Positions 31,838 to 42,223 of a stretch of DNA of 64,000 nucleotides are shown here, in pieces. Within the stretch, counting starts at the first letter, position 1. The number at the start of each line of letters is the position of its first letter. The stretch is taken from positions 34,410-98,409 of the forward strand of contig CALFVX010000015.1 of assembly GCA_937928765.1 (NCBI GenBank), read 5' to 3'. The notes beneath the pieces are model-generated. The model saw nothing but the letters and a program-made list of their open reading frames with translations. It was not told where the DNA came from and searched no databases. Source of the DNA: an uncultured Endomicrobiia bacterium. Its GTDB lineage: Bacteria > Elusimicrobiota > Endomicrobiia > DTEH01. A program made the translations under genes and the position numbers.

Positions 31838-34621
31838 TTATTTTTTATTTTTTATATTTTTTTCTGCAACAACTTGTGCAGCAGCAAGTATTGCTAAAGG
31901 AACTCTATAAGGTGAACAAGAAACATAATTCATGCCAACATTATAACAGAATTTCACTGATTCTGGATCTCCTCCATGTTCACCACAAATTCCAACTTTT
32001 AGATTTGGTTTAGTTTTTCTACCTTTTGTTATTCCTATCTTTATTAATTCGCCTATGCCTTCAAAATCTATTGTTTGGAATGGATCTTTAGATAAGATAT
32101 TTTTTTCTAAATAACTAGGTAAAAATCCACCGATATCATCTCGCGAAAAACCAAAACCCATCTGTGTCAAGTCGTTTGTCCCAAAAGAAAAAAATTCGCA
32201 TACAGAAGCCATCTTGTCAGCAATTATACATGCACGAGGAATTTCTATCATTGTTCCTACAACTAAAGGTAATTTCTTTCTATCTATGTTAAACTTTTTT
32301 AGTGTTTCTTGATAAACTTTTTCAATTATTTGCTTTTGGTGTACAATCTCTTTTTCCGTGGATGTTACAGGAATCATTATCTCAGGCAATACTTTTTTGT
32401 TTTGTTTTACAATTTCTGCTGCTGCTTCAAATATCGCTTTTACTTGATATTCAGTAATCTCTGGATAAGCAATACCTAAGCGTACTCCACGATGACCCAT
32501 CATTGGATTTACTTCATGTAATTTTGAAGTGCGTTTTTCAAATTCTTCTTCTGTTATTGCAAGATTTTCTATAAGTTTTTCTCTTTCATCCTTTCTTTTT
32601 GGAACAAACTCGTGTAAAGGTGGATCAAGTAATCTTATAGTAACAGGAAACCCTTCCATTACTTCTAAAGTTTTTTTAATATCTTCTTTCATATAATTGA
32701 AAAGTTCATCAAGCGCTTTTCTTCTTTCTTCTTCCGTAGTAGAGAGAATCATCTTTCTTAATATAAACAATGGTTCATCAGAACCTTCTCCATAAAACAT
32801 ATGCTCTGTTCTAAAAAGTCCAATACCTTCTGCACCAAATGCTCTTGCTTTTTTTGCATCTTGTGGTGTATCTGCGTTAGTTCTTACACTAATCTTGCGC
32901 ACTTTGTTACATATTTTCATAAATTCAACAAAGAAAAGATTTTCTTCTGCAGCTTTAATTAAAGGAAGTCTACCTAGATAAACATTACCTTTTGTACCAT
33001 TTAAAGTAATCCAATCTCCTTCTTTTACTACTGTATCTTTTACTTTAAACCGTTTTTCTTCATAATCAATATGTATATCACCAGCACCTACTATACAACA
33101 TTTACCCCAACCGCGAGCTACTAGCGCTGCATGAGATGTCATTCCGCCACGAGCAGTTAAAATACCAACTGCTGCACGCATGCCTTCAACATCTTCAGGA
33201 TTTGTTTCTTCTCTTACAAGGATAACTTGTTCACCCTTTTTTGTCCATTCTACTGCATCGTTCGCAGTAAAGACAACCCTTCCTACAGCACCACCAGGAC
33301 CTGCAGGTAAACCTTTAGCTAAAACTTTTGTTTCTTTTTCTTTTACTGGATCAACTACAGGATGTAGTAGTTCATCAAGTTGTGAAGGAGCAACTCTTAA
33401 AACTGCTTCTTCTTGTGAAATAAGTTTTTCTTTATACATCTCAACAGCCATTCTTACTGCTGCAGGACCATTTCTTTTACCTACACGACATTGCAACATC
33501 CAAAGTTTACCCTTTTCAATAGTAAATTCAATATCTAACATATCCCGATAGTGTTTCTCAAGACGTTTTCTTATATCTTCAATTTGTTGATATATTTTTG
33601 GAAATTGCTTTTCTAAAGATGGCAAATCTTTACTGTGTTCGCTTCTTGAGTATTCATTTATAGGATAAGGTGTTCTAATTCCTGCAACAACATCTTCACC
33701 TTGTGCATTAGGCAACCATTCTCCATAAAATTTGTCTTCTCCTGTAGCAGGATTCCTTGTAAAAGCAACACCCGTACCTGAATCATCACCCATATTACCA
33801 AAAACCATTGCTTGAACATTTACTGCTGTACCCCAATCGTCAGGAATACCTTCAATTTTTCTATAAGCCACAGCTCGTTTACCATTCCAACTTAAAAATA
33901 CAGCACGTATTCCACCCCAAAGTTGTTCATAGGGATCTTCTGGAAATTCTTTGCCTAAAACTTCTTTAACTTTTCTTTTATATATTTTTACTAACTCTTT
34001 TAGATCTTCTGCTGTAAATTCTGTATCAAGTTTTATGCCTTTTTTTTGTTTCATATTCTCAAGTTCTTTTTCAAGCTGTTGTCTTATACCTTTGGTTTCT
34101 TGTGGTTCAATACCTTCTGCTTTTTCCATCACTACATCTGAATACATTTGTATTAATCTGCGGTATGCATCATAAACAAACCTAGGATTGTTTGTTTGTT
34201 TAATTAACCCTTCAGCTGTTTTTTCATTTAAACCTATATTTAGAACAGTTTCCATCATTCCTGGCATTGACCTTCTTGCTCCAGATCTTACTGAAACTAA
34301 TAAAGGATTTTCAGGATCGCCAAATTTTCTTCCCATAACAGATTCTATATGTTTTAATCCTTTTTGAACTTGTTCTTTTAATCCTGAAGGATATTTTTTA
34401 TTATTTTTATAAAAATAAGTACAAACTTCTGTTGTAATTGTAAATCCTGCAGGAACTGGTAATTTTAAATCTCTGTGTCCAGCCATTTCAGCTAAATTTG
34501 CACCTTTACCTCCAAGAAGATCTTTCATTTTTTCGTTGCCATCAGCTTTTCCGCCACCAAAAAGGTATACATATTTAGTTTTTGTGAGTTTGTTCTTCAC
34601 TGCTATATTTTCCTTCTTCAT
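31838..34621 (-). CDS. ppdK: Pyruvate, phosphate dikinase
   Basis: LGGKGANLAEM, SVRSGA..SMPGMM, GGMTSHAA (catalytic His), FRTEHMF, GTNDLTQ, CGEHGG; AAAGGAG SD. Confidence 0.98.
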   Translation of the reverse strand: MKKENIAVKNKLTKTKYVYLFGGGKADGNEKMKDLLGGKGANLAEMAGHRDLKLPVPAGFTITTEVCTYFYKNNKKYPSGLKEQVQKGLKHIESVMGRKFGDPENPLLVSVRSGARRSMPGMMETVLNIGLNEKTAEGLIKQTNNPRFVYDAYRRLIQMYSDVVMEKAEGIEPQETKGIRQQLEKELENMKQKKGIKLDTEFTAEDLKELVKIYKRKVKEVLGKEFPEDPYEQLWGGIRAVFLSWNGKRAVAYRKIEGIPDDWGTAVNVQAMVFGNMGDDSGTGVAFTRNPATGEDKFYGEWLPNAQGEDVVAGIRTPYPINEYSRSEHSKDLPSLEKQFPKIYQQIEDIRKRLEKHYRDMLDIEFTIEKGKLWMLQCRVGKRNGPAAVRMAVEMYKEKLISQEEAVLRVAPSQLDELLHPVVDPVKEKETKVLAKGLPAGPGGAVGRVVFTANDAVEWTKKGEQVILVREETNPEDVEGMRAAVGILTARGGMTSHAALVARGWGKCCIVGAGDIHIDYEEKRFKVKDTVVKEGDWITLNGTKGNVYLGRLPLIKAAEENLFFVEFMKICNKVRKISVRTNADTPQDAKKARAFGAEGIGLFRTEHMFYGEGSDEPLFILRKMILSTTEEERRKALDELFNYMKEDIKKTLEVMEGFPVTIRLLDPPLHEFVPKRKDEREKLIENLAITEEEFEKRTSKLHEVNPMMGHRGVRLGIAYPEITEYQVKAIFEAAAEIVKQNKKVLPEIMIPVTSTEKEIVHQKQIIEKVYQETLKKFNIDRKKLPLVVGTMIEIPRACIIADKMASVCEFFSFGTNDLTQMGFGFSRDDIGGFLPSYLEKNILSKDPFQTIDFEGIGELIKIGITKGRKTKPNLKVGICGEHGGDPESVKFCYNVGMNYVSCSPYRVPLAILAAAQVVAEKNIKNKK

Positions 34622-34700
34622 TTTTAAAAACTCCTTTCTTAAAATTTTAATAATATTATTACCAAATTTTATTTTTAATTGTCAACAAAAAAGAAAAGAT

Positions 34701-35648
34701 TTAAGAAATATTTCTAAAATATTCTATGGTAAGTTTTAGCCCTTCCTTTAAAGAAACTTTTGGTTGCCAATTTAACAATCTTTTCGCTTTTGTAATGTCT
34801 GGTTTGCGTTGTTTAGGATCATCTTGAGGTAAATTTTTAAAAACTATTTTACTTTTTGAATTTGTAAGATCTTTTATTAAATAAGCAAAATCAATAATTT
34901 TCATTTCTTGTGGATTACCCAAATTTATTGGTTCTGAAATATTTTTAAACAATAATTTGTAAATTCCTTCTACCAAATCTGAAATATAACAAAATGATCT
35001 TGTCTGAGAACCATCACCATATACTGTTATAGGTTTGTCTCTTAATGCTTGGTAAATAAAATTTGGCACAACTCTTCCATCATTAAGTCGCATTCTTGGA
35101 CCATAGGTGTTAAATATACGAACTATTCTTACTGAAAGTTTGTGATATCTATGATATGCCATTGTCATTGCTTCAGCAAACCTTTTTGCTTCGTCATACA
35201 CACCTCGTGGACCTACAGGATTTACATTTCCCCAGTAAGATTCGTTCTGTGGTGAAACAAGCGGATCACCATATACTTCAGAGGTTGAAGCAAGCATAAA
35301 AATAGCATTTTTTTCTTTTGCAAGGCCTAAAGCTTTATGGGTTCCTAAAGCACCTACTTTTAAGGTTTGTATGGGATATTTAAGATAATCCTCAGGTGAA
35401 GCAGGTGAGGCAAAATGTAATACCGAATCTATCTTTCCTGGTATATGAATATAATTTGTAACATCATGTTTTATAAACAAAAATTTTTCGTTACCAAATA
35501 AATGTTCAATATTTTTTAAACTACCAGTAATTAAGTTATCTACACATATAACATAATGTTTTTTTCTTATAAAATAATCACAAAGATGTGAACCGATAAA
35601 CCCTGCTCCTCCAGTAACTACTATTCTCATAAAATTATTCTCTTCCAA
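34701..35648 (-). CDS. UDP-glucuronic acid decarboxylase (UDP-xylose synthase family)
   Basis: [49 protein letters not shown]. Confidence 0.93.
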   Translation of the reverse strand: MEENNFMRIVVTGGAGFIGSHLCDYFIRKKHYVICVDNLITGSLKNIEHLFGNEKFLFIKHDVTNYIHIPGKIDSVLHFASPASPEDYLKYPIQTLKVGALGTHKALGLAKEKNAIFMLASTSEVYGDPLVSPQNESYWGNVNPVGPRGVYDEAKRFAEAMTMAYHRYHKLSVRIVRIFNTYGPRMRLNDGRVVPNFIYQALRDKPITVYGDGSQTRSFCYISDLVEGIYKLLFKNISEPINLGNPQEMKIIDFAYLIKDLTNSKSKIVFKNLPQDDPKQRKPDITKAKRLLNWQPKVSLKEGLKLTIEYFRNIS

Positions 35649-36921
35649 TACTTTTATAAATAAAACTTAAACTTTTAACTTTTTGAGGATCAAATATGTT
35701 TCTAGCATCTATTATGATTGGCATATTCATTAAATCTTTAATCTTTTTAAGATTTAATTTCTTAAATTCATCCCATTCTGTAAGAATTAATAAACAATCA
35801 GCACTTTTTGCAACTTCGTAAGGGGTTTTACAATATTGTATATCTTTAAAAATATTTTTCATTTTCTCTATTGCTTTTGGATCATATGCTTTAATTTTTG
35901 CGCCTTTTTGTTTTAAAGATTGAATTATATAAATAGATGGTGCTTCACGAATATCGTCAGTGTTAGGTTTAAAAGATAGTCCTAAAACACCAATAGTTTT
36001 GTCTTTTATTATCCATAAAGTATCTTCTATCTTTTTAATAAACAACTCTTTCTGTCTTTGATTTATAATTTTAACTTCTTTAAGTAAAGAAAAATCATAA
36101 CCTAACTTTTCAGATATCCATATAAAAGCATCAACATCTTTCGGAAAACAACTTCCACCATAACCTACACCTGCATTAAGAAAACTTCTTCCTATTCTTT
36201 TATCCAATCCCATGCCTAAAGCAACTTTTTCTATATCCGCTCCAGTAAGTTCACAAATGTTTGCCACTGCGTTAATAAACGATATTTTTGTTGCAAGAAA
36301 TGAATTTGATGCATGTTTTATAAGTTCGGCACTTTTAGTATCAACAACAATCTTTGGTGATTTAATTTTTTTATATAATTTCAACATCAATTTCTTTGCT
36401 TTTTCAGATTCAATACCAATAACAATTCTGTCTGGTTGTAAAAAATCTTTTATTGCAGAACCTTCTCTTAAAAACTCCGGGTTTGATACAACATCAAATT
36501 CAACATTATTTTTTTTGTATCTTTGGATTGTTTTTTTAATCCATTGTGCAGTTTCTACAGGCACTGTAGACTTTTCTACTATAACTTTGTATTCTGTTAA
36601 ATATATTGCAATTTCTCGTGCTACATTTTCTACATAACTTAAATCTGGTGAACCGTCAGGATTTGATGGTGTTCCTACTGCAATAAAAATTATTTCATTT
36701 TCAACTACTGCATCTTTAATACTTGAAGAATATTTTATTCTTTTTTTATTCTTTTTAATTAACTCTTCTATCCCAGGTTCAAAAATAGGCGTTTTGCCTG
36801 AGATTAATTTTTTAATTTTTTCTTCATCACTGTCAACACAAACAACACTATGACCAATCTCTGCTAAACACACACCTGTAGTCAAACCTACATAACCACA
36901 ACCTATTATTCCTACTTTCAT
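35635..36921 (-). CDS. ugd: UDP-glucose 6-dehydrogenase
   Basis: [38 protein letters not shown]. Confidence 0.95.
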   Translation of the reverse strand: MKVGIIGCGYVGLTTGVCLAEIGHSVVCVDSDEEKIKKLISGKTPIFEPGIEELIKKNKKRIKYSSSIKDAVVENEIIFIAVGTPSNPDGSPDLSYVENVAREIAIYLTEYKVIVEKSTVPVETAQWIKKTIQRYKKNNVEFDVVSNPEFLREGSAIKDFLQPDRIVIGIESEKAKKLMLKLYKKIKSPKIVVDTKSAELIKHASNSFLATKISFINAVANICELTGADIEKVALGMGLDKRIGRSFLNAGVGYGGSCFPKDVDAFIWISEKLGYDFSLLKEVKIINQRQKELFIKKIEDTLWIIKDKTIGVLGLSFKPNTDDIREAPSIYIIQSLKQKGAKIKAYDPKAIEKMKNIFKDIQYCKTPYEVAKSADCLLILTEWDEFKKLNLKKIKDLMNMPIIIDARNIFDPQKVKSLSFIYKSIGRE

Positions 36922-36928
36922 ATTTTAT

Positions 36929-37675
36929 TTAACTATTTTTATATATCTGTGTGCTTACCTTATAATAAGCATCTTTTATTGCAGAGATAACTATCCCTGT
37001 AAAAAATCCTGCTAATGTTAGTATAACTACAAAAATTAAACTTTTTTTCTTTCCATTTTGCGGTTTTTCAGGCAATGCACTTAAATAAGCTATCTTTACA
37101 AGTTTTTCCTGTTGTTGTAAAGGTAAATCAAAATACAACTCTTTTCTTGCATATTCTACTGTAATCTTTGCTATTTCATCTGCAAAAAATTTTGCTAATT
37201 CTTTATCTGAAAACTTAATATTTATCTTAATAATTTCACCTATTTGTTGTATTCTTAACAAATCACTTTTTTCAGAAATAAAATTTTCTAAAGTTATTTT
37301 TAAGTTTTTCTTTTTTAGTAGTTCTTTTGCTTGCTCTAACACCAAAGAGATTATCAAAGGAGATTTCACAATTGCAGTAACCGTCCTTTTTCTATCTTCC
37401 AATCTTGGAGGGTAAATATCTGCCAAACTTTTAATAACATCAAACAACTCTTCTTTTTTAGCAATACTAACATCAGACTTTGTACCTAAAACTATTATCG
37501 CAGATTCTGCTGTGTAATATGCTTTTGGTGGAGAAATTCGAAAAAATAATATTACTGCTATTAATAAAAATAAAAATGTAAAAATTGATATTGTTTTAAA
37601 ATTTTTTAAAAAAAATTTTAAAATATCAACCAAATTTATTTCATCATCCATATTGTTTATATTTGTATTGTTCAT
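36929..37675 (-). CDS. Wzz-like polysaccharide chain-length determinant
   Basis: DEINLVDIL..F, N-terminal TM, Y.A.S, ALPEKP then a Gly-containing C-terminal TM. Confidence 0.78.
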   Translation of the reverse strand: MNNTNINNMDDEINLVDILKFFLKNFKTISIFTFLFLLIAVILFFRISPPKAYYTAESAIIVLGTKSDVSIAKKEELFDVIKSLADIYPPRLEDRKRTVTAIVKSPLIISLVLEQAKELLKKKNLKITLENFISEKSDLLRIQQIGEIIKINIKFSDKELAKFFADEIAKITVEYARKELYFDLPLQQQEKLVKIAYLSALPEKPQNGKKKSLIFVVILTLAGFFTGIVISAIKDAYYKVSTQIYKNS

Positions 37676-38556
37676 TTATTTTCTTTCTCCTCCTTATTAT
37701 TAAAAAGTTCTCTTATCCCAGCAATTGAGCTTAATACACCTGAAGACTCTAGTGGTAAAAATATCTTTGTTGCTTTACCATCAGCAATTTTTTGTAATGT
37801 TTCAAGATATTTTATAGCTATTAAATCATTTGTTGGTCTACCTTTGTGAATCGCATCATACACAATCTCAATTTGATACTTTTCTGCATCAGCAACTTTT
37901 TTAATTGCCTCAGCTTTACCTTCAGCTGTTAAAATTGCAGATTGTTTTTCTCCTTCTGCTTTAAGTATAGCGGATTGGCGAACACCTTCTGCTTCAAGTA
38001 TCATTGCACGTTTTTCTCTTTCTGCTTTCATTTGTTTACTCATAGCATCGGTGATATCTTTTGGTGGGTCAATTTTTTGTATTTCTACACGAGTAATTTT
38101 TACTCCCCATTTATCTGTAGCTTCATCCAACACCTGCCTTAGTTGAAGATTAATTTTTTCTCTACTTGTAAGTGTCTGGTCAAGTTCCATATCACCTATA
38201 ACATTTCTAAGATTTGTTTGGGCAAGTTTTAACGATGCTAAAGAAAAATTTGATACTTCATATACAACTTTAAACGGATCTATTACTTGAAAATATATCA
38301 CAGCATCAACTGTTACTACTACATTATCTTTTGTGATAACATCCTGCGGAGGAACATCTATCACCTGTTCTCTCATATCAACTATACGTATTCTTTGAAG
38401 TGGCGGAAAGATTACTACAAGTCCAGGTGGAACTGTCCTTGTATACCTACCAAGCGTTTCAATTAATCCTCTTTCATGTTGACGAACAACTCGTACTGCT
38501 TGAAGAAGATATATTACCGCAAAAAATATTAACAATATAGTTATCCCTGCTGGCAT
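37672..38556 (-). CDS. SPFH/Band 7 (stomatin/paraslipin-like) protein
   Basis: QDVITKDNV, LRN.IG..ELD.TL.SR, WGVKITRVE, AM..QMKAERE.RA; GGAGGT SD. Confidence 0.93.
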   Translation of the reverse strand: MPAGITILLIFFAVIYLLQAVRVVRQHERGLIETLGRYTRTVPPGLVVIFPPLQRIRIVDMREQVIDVPPQDVITKDNVVVTVDAVIYFQVIDPFKVVYEVSNFSLASLKLAQTNLRNVIGDMELDQTLTSREKINLQLRQVLDEATDKWGVKITRVEIQKIDPPKDITDAMSKQMKAEREKRAMILEAEGVRQSAILKAEGEKQSAILTAEGKAEAIKKVADAEKYQIEIVYDAIHKGRPTNDLIAIKYLETLQKIADGKATKIFLPLESSGVLSSIAGIRELFNNKEEKENK

Positions 38557-38596
38557 AAAATTTTACCTCCGTTATTTAAAATTTTATTTACAACAT

Positions 38597-39193
38597 TTAT
38601 TTTTCCAACTCTGTGTCCCAATATATATGGTCAATAAATTTCTGCCAAGAAGATGGAATTCTTATGTTTGTATTAAATACTAAAGCTAGTTTTATTCTTC
38701 GTTGAGGTTTAGAAGGTGAAATTACAAGTTTCATTCCTGCTTCTTGTGGTGTTCTGTTGGCCTTTTTAAAATTACAGCTTATACATGAAGTTACAATATT
38801 ATCCCACTCTGTTTTTCCACCACGAGATCTTGGTATTATATGGTCTATATTAAGCTTCTCCGTAGTAAATTTTTTACCACAATAACAACATCTGTAGCCG
38901 TAATGTTCATAAACATTTCTTCTAGTTAGTTGTGGTTCTTCAAACTGAATTTTATCATAAAACTTTAATGAAATTATTTCAGGAACAGCTATTTTAAACT
39001 TTGCTGTATAAATAAATCCTGCAGGATTTTCTTTTATCATCTGTGAAAGTTCAAACCAATCTTTGAAATCATAAGTTCTATATTCCTCATCTACAACATC
39101 TGCTCTTCCAAGAAATAAAAGTTTTATAGCGCGCTTCCAAGAAGTTAAACTTACTGGAATAAAATGTTTATTTAAAACTAAAACCTGTGTCAT
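38597..39193 (-). CDS. HNH endonuclease (McrA-like, stand-alone)
   Basis: VLVLN...P, CCYCG, IDHIIPRSRGG..W.N.V.SC..CN..K..RTP.EAGM. Confidence 0.92.
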   Translation of the reverse strand: MTQVLVLNKHFIPVSLTSWKRAIKLLFLGRADVVDEEYRTYDFKDWFELSQMIKENPAGFIYTAKFKIAVPEIISLKFYDKIQFEEPQLTRRNVYEHYGYRCCYCGKKFTTEKLNIDHIIPRSRGGKTEWDNIVTSCISCNFKKANRTPQEAGMKLVISPSKPQRRIKLALVFNTNIRIPSSWQKFIDHIYWDTELEK

Positions 39194-39199
39194 CTTAGT

Positions 39200-39967
39200 T
39201 TAAAATTTTAATCCTAAACCTAAAGAATATGCGTTTTTGTCATAAATTTTTGAGTATCCAAGGTTAAGATACAATAATGGTAAAAATGAAATATTTGCTC
39301 CAACTTCATATCTTAAACCGTAAGAAAATTCACCTTTTAGTTTTCCTAAATTAAGTCTTTCTGAAATTTCCATTTCTGCATTGTCAACTCCTAATAAAAT
39401 ATAAGGACTTATTACTGGTATTTTGTTTAGCGAAACTATTAAACTTAAAGAATTAGAGTTCATATCTAACACATCTTCAACTTTAAGAAAATTATAAAAT
39501 CCTGCAATGCTTATGTTTATAATCGACATTCCAGGAGGTAAAGAAAAAATATTATATCTTAATCCTAAACCATAAAAAGTAAATCCTTTATAAAAATATC
39601 CAGAAAATCTAGCAATTAAATCTATATTATATGGCAATCCTTTTTCTAATTGCAAAACCGGTATAAAAATATATTTAAAATTTTCACTTTGAAAAGCATT
39701 TTGTAAAATAATATTTCCATCATCAATCTCTTTTATTGGCACATATAGCCTAATATTCAACCCTATAGAAGGCGGCAGCGTAGAAAAAAATTTTAAACTT
39801 TCAGCATTATTAACAATGTTTCCACAAGTAATACCAGCTAAATCTTTTGTAAATGGATTTAAATATTGTTGTTGAACATTGGTTTTAAACTCTTCAAAAA
39901 TATCAACTGCTTGTATAATAGATAAAGAAATAAAAAAAGTAATTATGTATACTATTATTTTTTTCAT
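39200..39967 (-). CDS. Predicted outer-membrane beta-barrel protein (DUF6588-like)
   Basis: Signal peptide, P..Q...GLP, alternating beta-strand pattern, C-terminal YSLGLGLKF; AGGAGG SD. Confidence 0.65.
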   Translation of the reverse strand: MKKIIVYIITFFISLSIIQAVDIFEEFKTNVQQQYLNPFTKDLAGITCGNIVNNAESLKFFSTLPPSIGLNIRLYVPIKEIDDGNIILQNAFQSENFKYIFIPVLQLEKGLPYNIDLIARFSGYFYKGFTFYGLGLRYNIFSLPPGMSIINISIAGFYNFLKVEDVLDMNSNSLSLIVSLNKIPVISPYILLGVDNAEMEISERLNLGKLKGEFSYGLRYEVGANISFLPLLYLNLGYSKIYDKNAYSLGLGLKF

Positions 39968-40074
39968 AAAATCCTCCTAATTAAATAAACTTAATTTGAG
40001 TTTTTAAATACTATAATAATTTCTATTTGTCAATATTTTTATATTAAAATTAAAACTTTAAATAGTACTAAATC

Positions 40075-40103
40075 TTGTATTTTTTTAAATTATTTAGTAT
40101 TAT
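40075..40103 (+). promoter_or_regulatory. Putative sigma70 promoter for the PAC2-parAB block
   Basis: TTGTAT, 17 bp, TATTAT, 31 bp upstream of ATG 40135. Confidence 0.4.
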
Positions 40104-40134
40104 TTTAAAAAACAAAAATTTTTTATTAAAAAAT

Positions 40135-41172
40135 ATGATAATTCAAAAAAACAAAACAAAACTTACAAATCCATATATTATTTGTGGTTGGCCAGGAATG
40201 GGTATGATAGGACATTATATTGTCAACCACATCATATCCCAAATTAAACCAGAAATTTTTGCAGAAATAGATTATAAAGAGTATATAATTCCACACAATG
40301 CTATTGTAGAAAATGGTATCATATACGATATTCCACAGATACAAAATAAAATTTTTTATCATAAAATAAAATCCAAATATTATGAACAAGATTTTTTGTT
40401 ATTTTTAGGTGATGTTGAACCCTCATTATATAATATGCAAAATTTTGCAAACGATTTAATTTCTTTTTTTAAACCATTTAATCCAAAATTAATTATGACT
40501 TTTTCTGGATTCCCATCAAATATACTTCATACTGACGAACCTTTACTTTATGTCGCCCAGACAAATAATAGTGTTGATGTAAAAATTAAAAATGAAGAAT
40601 CGCTAAAATTAAAACCATTAACTTTCGGATTAATTGAAGGTATGAGCGGAATTATTTTATCTAAAGCAAAAGAATTTGAAATTGAAGGTATTTGTATAAT
40701 AGGAGAGATACCTTTTTATACTATAGACATGATTAACCCTAGAGTATGTTATAAAATTTTATATTTTTTAAAAGAAACATTTTTATTTAATATAAGTTTT
40801 GAAAAAATACAACAGGATATAATTTCTATGGACGAAAGAATAAAATCTACATTTATTGATTTAAACGAAAAAGCACAAATGTTATTGTCTCAATTGCAAG
40901 ATTCTAATAAAGATAATAAAAAAAATTTGTATTATAAAGCAAAAACAACAAACGATTCTTCAGAACTTACATTTGAAGAATTGAAAAAAAAGATAAAATT
41001 TTCCTTACCAGAATCAGCAAAAAATAAAATCAACGAATTGTTTAAACTTTCCTCTGAAGACATAAGCTATGCCAAACAACTAAAAGAAGAACTTGATAAA
41101 TGGGGTGTTTATAAAGAATACGAAGATAGATTTTTATCACTATTTATTAAAAAAAAGAAAGGTAAAAAATAA
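40135..41172 (+). CDS. PAC2 (proteasome assembly chaperone) family protein
   Basis: L.NP..ICGWPGMG.IG, FLGD.EP, I.GM.G.IL, G.C..GEIP, NP; start placed at the first ATG (40135). Confidence 0.8.
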   Translation: MIIQKNKTKLTNPYIICGWPGMGMIGHYIVNHIISQIKPEIFAEIDYKEYIIPHNAIVENGIIYDIPQIQNKIFYHKIKSKYYEQDFLLFLGDVEPSLYNMQNFANDLISFFKPFNPKLIMTFSGFPSNILHTDEPLLYVAQTNNSVDVKIKNEESLKLKPLTFGLIEGMSGIILSKAKEFEIEGICIIGEIPFYTIDMINPRVCYKILYFLKETFLFNISFEKIQQDIISMDERIKSTFIDLNEKAQMLLSQLQDSNKDNKKNLYYKAKTTNDSSELTFEELKKKIKFSLPESAKNKINELFKLSSEDISYAKQLKEELDKWGVYKEYEDRFLSLFIKKKKGKK

Positions 41173-41435
41173 TGAACGAAATAATATTAATTTTTATATC
41201 AGTATTAGCTGCAGAAATTGGCGATAAAACCCAACTTGCAATAATATCTTTTGCTTCAAAAACTTCAAAACCGTTTTATATATGGTTAGCAGCAAGCTTA
41301 GCATTTTTATTTATGAATCTTATTTCTGTATTCTTAGGACAAAATATTGCAAAATTTCTTCCACATCAGTATATAAAATATTTAAGTGGGACAATTTTTA
41401 TTATAATAGGATTGTTAACAATTTTATCAAAATAA
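41172..41435 (+). CDS. GDT1/TMEM165 (UPF0016) family half-transporter
   Basis: AEIGDKTQ motif, three TM helices, 87 aa. Confidence 0.9.
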   Translation: MNEIILIFISVLAAEIGDKTQLAIISFASKTSKPFYIWLAASLAFLFMNLISVFLGQNIAKFLPHQYIKYLSGTIFIIIGLLTILSK

Positions 41436-41438
41436 TTT

Positions 41439-42209
41439 ATGAGCAAAATAATAACTATAGCAAACCAAAAAGGTGGTGTTGGAAAAACCACAACTGTTAT
41501 AAATCTTGCAACTTGTTTAGCGTATTATACTAAAAATGTTTTAGTAATAGATATAGATCCTCAAGCAAATGCTACAAGCGGGTTAGGAATAAGAGTTGAT
41601 ACCGTTGCTGATAAAAATATCTATCATTTGATTATAGAAGGTAAAGATATAAAAGAGACTATAATTTCTACTTCTGTTGATTGGTTAGAACTTATACCAT
41701 CACATATTGACCTTACAGGTGCTGAAGTTGAACTTGTAAGTATGTTAAATCGCGAATATAGATTAAAAGGTTCTGTTGAAACAATTAAAAATTTATATGA
41801 TTATATTTTAATAGACTGTCCACCATCATTAGGACTTTTAACAATTAATGCATTAGCATGCTGTGATAGTGTTTTAGTACCAATCCAATGTGAATATTTT
41901 GCATTAGAAGGTTTAGCACAACTTTTAAAAACAATAAATTTAGTACAAACACATGTTAATAAAAATCTTTCAATTGAAGGTGTGATTTTAACAATGTATG
42001 ATTCAAGGACATCTTTAAGCGAAGAAGTTGCAGAAAATGTTAAAAAATATTTTAAACATAAAGTTTACAAAACAATAATTCCTCGCGGCGTACGTGCAGC
42101 AGAAGCTCCAAGTTATGGAAAACCATTACTTTATTATGATAAAAACTCAAAAGTTACGCAAGCATATCTTCAACTTGCAGAAGAAATGCTAAAAAATAAT
42201 AAAATTTAA
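41439..42209 (+). CDS. parA: Chromosome partitioning ATPase ParA/Soj
   Basis: NQKGGVGKTTT, DIDPQANAT, DCPPSLG, QCEYFALEG, AEAPSYG. Confidence 0.96.
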   Translation: MSKIITIANQKGGVGKTTTVINLATCLAYYTKNVLVIDIDPQANATSGLGIRVDTVADKNIYHLIIEGKDIKETIISTSVDWLELIPSHIDLTGAEVELVSMLNREYRLKGSVETIKNLYDYILIDCPPSLGLLTINALACCDSVLVPIQCEYFALEGLAQLLKTINLVQTHVNKNLSIEGVILTMYDSRTSLSEEVAENVKKYFKHKVYKTIIPRGVRAAEAPSYGKPLLYYDKNSKVTQAYLQLAEEMLKNNKI

Positions 42210-42223
42210 CTTAAAAATAACAT

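Noticed and set aside
31824..31865. Long T-rich low-complexity tract
   Set aside because: Encodes the Lys/Asn-rich C-terminus of PpdK plus a short AT spacer; no stem for a terminator.
34651..34685. TTGACA upstream of ppdK (a similar one lies at 40028-40033)
   Set aside because: Likely promoters, but no clean -10 at 17 bp, so not reported as features.
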